The notes beneath the pieces were generated by a model, which saw nothing but the letters and a program-made list of their open reading frames with translations, did not search any database and was not told the origin of the DNA. DNA of 38,488 nt from a virus (taxonomy: Duplodnaviria; Caudoviricetes), in IMG/VR virus record IMGVR_UViG_3300048855_000191, positions 1-38,488 of that record, one strand, 5' to 3'. The translations under genes and the position numbers were made by a program. Each line of letters begins with the position of its first letter. Position 1 is the stretch's first letter. Of the stretch, positions 35,037 to 38,488 are shown piece after piece.

Positions 35037-36223
35037 TGGCCGAAACCTTCCTCATGCCGATCGCCGGCATGAACAACGTGGCCGAGGACAAGGCCATGCA
35101 GCGCGGCGGCGACGCACCGCGGCTGTTCGTCCGCGACGCGGTGAACGTCAACATCACGCCTGCCGGCGGCGCCGCAATCCGCGCCGGCGAGCGGCGCGTC
35201 TCGCCCATCCCGTATCGCGATGTCTGGCAGAGCCCGCTTCACGGCGACACGTTCGGCACGCTGGATGGGCAGTGGGTGAAGATCAATACCGCGGACTGGT
35301 CGCACGAGGCGCTCGCCGCCCTTGGCGAAGGCGTCTCGCACGCGCTGCTGGACAACCTGGTGAGCGTGGCAGCGCCCGCAGGGCTGTTCGTCTATGACGG
35401 TGTGCGCGCGCAGCGCCTCGCGCTCGAAACGCCGGCGGCGCCGCTCGTGACCGCCGGCGCGGGGTCGCTCGAGCCGGGCGCCTACGGCGTGGCCGTCGCC
35501 TGGCTGCGCGGCACCACCGAATCGGCCACCTCGGCGCTGGCCAGCGTCGAGGTGCCAGAAGCCGGCGCGCTCGAGGTAGCGATGCCGCTGTGCCTCGATC
35601 CGACGGTGACGGGCGCGCGGCTCTACCTGACGCGGCGCGACGGTGGCGAACTGCTGCGCGCGGGCGACTGGCCGGCGGGCACGGCCACGATCCACCTGCC
35701 GCTCCTGCCGCGGCTCGGTGCGCCGGCCCAGTTCCGCCACCTGTCGCCGATGCCCACCGGCGCCCACCTGGCGCACTGGCGCGGCCGGCTGCTGGTCGCG
35801 CGAGGCAAGACCCTGCTGTGGTCGGAGGCCATGGCGTGCCACCTGCATGACGAGCGGCACAGCTTCGTGCAAATGCCGCAGCGCATCACGTTCATGCAGC
35901 CCGTGGACGGCGGCGTGTGGGTCGGGCAGGTCGATCACGTCGTGTTCCTTCGCGGCGCGGCGCCGGCCGAGTTCGCGCTGGAGCGCAAGGCCAGCCGCGC
36001 GCCGGTGCCCGGCAGCGCCGTCGAGGTGCGTGCCGAGGTGCTGGGCAGCGACCTGACGCCCGGCGGCAGCGCGGCGGCGGTATGGCTGGCAGAGAACGGC
36101 TATGTCGTCGGGACTGCGGCCGGCGCGCTGGTCGAACTGCACGCGGGCGTGCTGCGCGGCATCACAGCCCGGGCCGGCACCTCTGTAGTGCTTGGCCGCC
36201 GGCTGCTGACCGCGGTAGTCTGA
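35036..36223 (+). CDS. Virion structural protein (possible tail tubular/nozzle component)
   Basis: GMNNV...RDAVNVNIT..G.A..R.G N-terminus; AGGAG RBS; TGATG coupling. Confidence 0.7.
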   Translation: MAETFLMPIAGMNNVAEDKAMQRGGDAPRLFVRDAVNVNITPAGGAAIRAGERRVSPIPYRDVWQSPLHGDTFGTLDGQWVKINTADWSHEALAALGEGVSHALLDNLVSVAAPAGLFVYDGVRAQRLALETPAAPLVTAGAGSLEPGAYGVAVAWLRGTTESATSALASVEVPEAGALEVAMPLCLDPTVTGARLYLTRRDGGELLRAGDWPAGTATIHLPLLPRLGAPAQFRHLSPMPTGAHLAHWRGRLLVARGKTLLWSEAMACHLHDERHSFVQMPQRITFMQPVDGGVWVGQVDHVVFLRGAAPAEFALERKASRAPVPGSAVEVRAEVLGSDLTPGGSAAAVWLAENGYVVGTAAGALVELHAGVLRGITARAGTSVVLGRRLLTAVV

Positions 36224-36292
36224 AACCTTCTGCCCGGGCCATCCGGGCTTCGATCGCTGCGCAGGAGTGCGGCATAGGACATGGAGTTTCCT

Positions 36293-36868
36293 ATGACCCT
36301 GCGCAACGAACTGGCCGAGGACATCGGCCGCGATCTCTTCGATGTGACCGAGGAGGGCGTCTACTTCCCTCGCCAAGGCGTGCTCGCCCGCGGCGAGTAC
36401 TTCGACCGCATCAACAAGGGCGCGTGGCAGCGCACGAAGAACCTGATCGTGGTCGAGGGCCTGGCGCACATCCTCAATGTCGCGCTGGGCACCACGCCGA
36501 AGCCCGCCGGCTACTTCCTGGCGCTGTTCAGCGGCGCGGCTGCGCCGGTGTCGAACTGGACGGCGGCGAACTTCGCGGCCGTCGCGTCGGAGATCGTCAG
36601 CCTGACCGAGGGCTACACGAGCCCAACGCGGCCGGCGTGGACTTCCGCCAACACCAACACCGGCTCCATCGACAACATGGCAGCCGTGGCGAGCGTGACC
36701 ATCGCGACCGCCGGGCAGTTGAACGTGACCGGTGCAGCCATGCTGACGAACAACGCAAAGGGCGGGACCACCGGTGCCCTGGTGTCCGCGACCAAGTACG
36801 CGGCCGCGCGCGTGTTCCAGAACGGCGACACCTACGACATCGGCTATCGCCTGAGCCTGACCGTCTAG
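36293..36868 (+). CDS. Virion structural protein
   Basis: KNLIVVEGL, YFLALF and EGYTSPTRPAW; GGAG RBS before ATG 36293. Confidence 0.75.
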   Translation: MTLRNELAEDIGRDLFDVTEEGVYFPRQGVLARGEYFDRINKGAWQRTKNLIVVEGLAHILNVALGTTPKPAGYFLALFSGAAAPVSNWTAANFAAVASEIVSLTEGYTSPTRPAWTSANTNTGSIDNMAAVASVTIATAGQLNVTGAAMLTNNAKGGTTGALVSATKYAAARVFQNGDTYDIGYRLSLTV

Positions 36869-36871
36869 CCC

Positions 36872-38488
36872 ATGCTCGCACCGCGCCCCTACGGGCGCTT
36901 TGCCGAGCAGGCGGAGCTGTCCCCCGAAGACGCCGCCGTCGTCGAGCGGCTGGCCAGGTCCGTGACCAACTTCAAGGCCCTGTCTGAACTGGACAGCTTG
37001 AAGCGCGTCGCGGAGCTGCCCAGCGGCCGGCAGGCGGTGGCGCTGGACATGGGCGGCGTGTTCCGCGTGCTCGTCTTCGAGCGGCATGAGCATCCGCAGC
37101 ACCAGCCCACCGGCCGGGCCGAGGCGAACCTGCCCATGCTGTTCTCCGGCGTGATCACGCGCGCGCAGGTGCTGCAGGGCGAGGGGGTCGGCGTCAAGCT
37201 CACGGAGCAGACGCGGCGCCGGCTGATCGGGTATCGCGACGACCCGCTGCCGCCGAAGGACGTTGCGCTGCAGCGCTTTCGCATCGACTATCACGATCGC
37301 TTCGCCTACTTCCGGCCCGAGTTCAGCGGCATCTACACCTTCACCCAGTTCGTGAAGCACCGGCCCACCTGGTATAGCGGCGCCATGGCCGAGGTCATGC
37401 AGGTGGTCGGCGGATACGGCCGCCAGATCATGAGCGAACTGCCCGACGATCCGCTCGAACGCGCCACGATGCGCGTGCCGGAGCGCTACATGCGCGAGAT
37501 CCGGCGCGAGATCGCGGGCGTGCGGCTGCCGGGCTACACCGGCTTTCCGGACCGCGAAGGGCAGTTCCGGTGCGGCTACGCGCACAGCCAGTGCGAGGCG
37601 GTCGCATTCGATACCGATGACGCCCCTTGGCTGCTGCGCATCAATGCGCGTGGGGTGTTCGCCATGCCGCTCCCTCTCGTTCCCGCCAGCACGACTGCGG
37701 CGTTCAGGGAGTACGTCGAGGAAGTGGGCGACGACGAGCTCCTCAAGCTGCTGGATCGGTTCGGGGGGATGCCCTCCGGCGAGACGTTCCCGGATGACGA
37801 GCAGGACTTCGAGGTCTGGCGCCGGGCCGGCGTGTTCATTAAGGTCTGCGACTGCGCGGACTTCTATGACCACGCGGCCCTGTATGCGGCGAGCGGCTGG
37901 TCGTTGAACAGCCGCGGCAACGAAGGGTTCAATACCTGCTGGAGCCGCGACGACGCCGGGCTCCTGCGCGCGCACGCCTACAAGATGAAGCTGCGCCTTG
38001 CTCCGGCCGCCGAGGGTGGCCGCTTGAAAGCCGGTTGGCACTTCGACGATGAGGCGGACGCGGCGCGCGCACACAGCTACCTCGCGCGCGTGTTCGAGCA
38101 GTTGGGCGATGGCAGTCACCGCTCACGGGCAATCGCCTACAAGATCCGCCGCCAGACCAGCGCCCAAATCCTGGCCAGGGCCTCCGCCGCGAACGGCCCC
38201 GACACCGCCTACTGGGACGCGCTCGAGCTCGAACCGATCGCCGTGCACCAGGGGAACGTGGCGCGTGTGGGCACCGGCCCCTTGTATTGGCCCGGCAAGA
38301 ATCCAAAGTCCATGGGGCGCCTGAAATTTCCAGAGCTACGCGGCCTGGGCTGCGAATCCTTCCTCATGGTCTCGCCCGACTACGGGGGCCCCGCGGTGAA
38401 GTGCGACACGATTGTGTTCGGCTGCTACGTGGACGATGAGCTGCAGGTGGTGAAGTACTTCTACGACGAGCGCAAATTTCAGAGATCG
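36872..38488 (+). CDS. Large virion-module protein, 3'-truncated by the window end (absent from the ORF track)
   Basis: ATG 36872 begins MLAPRPYGRFAEQ...; the frame was read at its start and end and appears open, with GC3-rich codons. Confidence 0.8.
   Translation, partial: MLAPRPYGRFAEQAELSPEDAAVVERLARSVTNFKALSELDSLKRVAELPSGRQAVALDMGGVFRVLVFERHEHPQHQPTGRAEANLPMLFSGVITRAQVLQGEGVGVKLTEQTRRRLIGYRDDPLPPKDVALQRFRIDYHDRFAYFRPEFSGIYTFTQFVKHRPTWYSGAMAEVMQVVGGYGRQIMSELPDDPLERATMRVPERYMREIRREIAGVRLPGYTGFPDREGQFRCGYAHSQCEAVAFDTDDAPWLLRINARGVFAMPLPLVPASTTAAFREYVEEVGDDELLKLLDRFGGMPSGETFPDDEQDFEVWRRAGVFIKVCDCADFYDHAALYAASGWSLNSRGNEGFNTCWSRDDAGLLRAHAYKMKLRLAPAAEGGRLKAGWHFDDEADAARAHSYLARVFEQLGDGSHRSRAIAYKIRRQTSAQILARASAANGPDTAYWDALELEPIAVHQGNVARVGTGPLYWPGKNPKSMGRLKFPELRGLGCESFLMVSPDYGGPAVKCDTIVFGCYVDDELQVVKYFYDERKFQRS

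Larger units (their letters stand above)
1..38488. mobile_element. Temperate phage / prophage (partial): lambdoid-type immunity region with a podovirus-like head module
   Basis: Integrase, recombination genes, CI/Cro switch, replication/nin region, terminase, portal and capsid occur in canonical order. No att site, lysis genes or right end are visible in the window. Confidence 0.97.

Noticed and set aside
34985-38119. 1044-aa minus-strand ORF (likewise 20072..22276 and 33357..34985)
   Set aside because: Antisense to coupled virion genes that have RBSs; no motifs.
38483-38488. Terminal AGATCG
   Set aside because: It matches the start of the Illumina adapter and may be a contig-end artefact, but 6 nt can occur by chance and it is not biological evidence.

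Overview
This window holds the left and central ~38 kb of a GC-rich temperate phage (prophage). The host is probably betaproteobacterial, possibly Comamonadaceae-like (inference from GC content and gene style). It begins exactly at the integrase stop codon and ends inside a virion gene. Layout: a leftward early operon (integrase, DUF4224 excisionase-like, YfdQ/YfdP-like, KTSC, YqaJ-RecT, small ORFs); a CI/Cro switch with mirrored promoters and TTTAGA-N4-TCTAAA operators; and a rightward early operon (C5 methyltransferase, replication protein, degenerate HNH, RuvC-like, NinB, DUF1364). These are followed by a wHTH gene, a tRNA(CAT), and a podovirus-type head/virion module (TerS, TerL, portal, scaffold, DUF4043/N4-gp56-type capsid, adaptors, fibre-like cassettes). 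Cargo genes are a membrane protein, a stand-alone receiver domain and a GmrSD-type nuclease. The most unusual signals are regulatory. (i) A three-copy late promoter, CCCCCTSTAGGG-N24-MACAST-N7-A, whose predicted +1 falls on tRNA base 1, on the terS ATG and on the start of a multi-hairpin RNA. (ii) A CsrA-like small protein in the virion operon, with RGGA-loop hairpins 30-36 nt upstream of three structural genes. (iii) An atypical initiator-like tRNA. (iv) Two anti-Shine-Dalgarno hairpin RNA candidates. All protein family calls come from motif recognition by eye, not from database searches.
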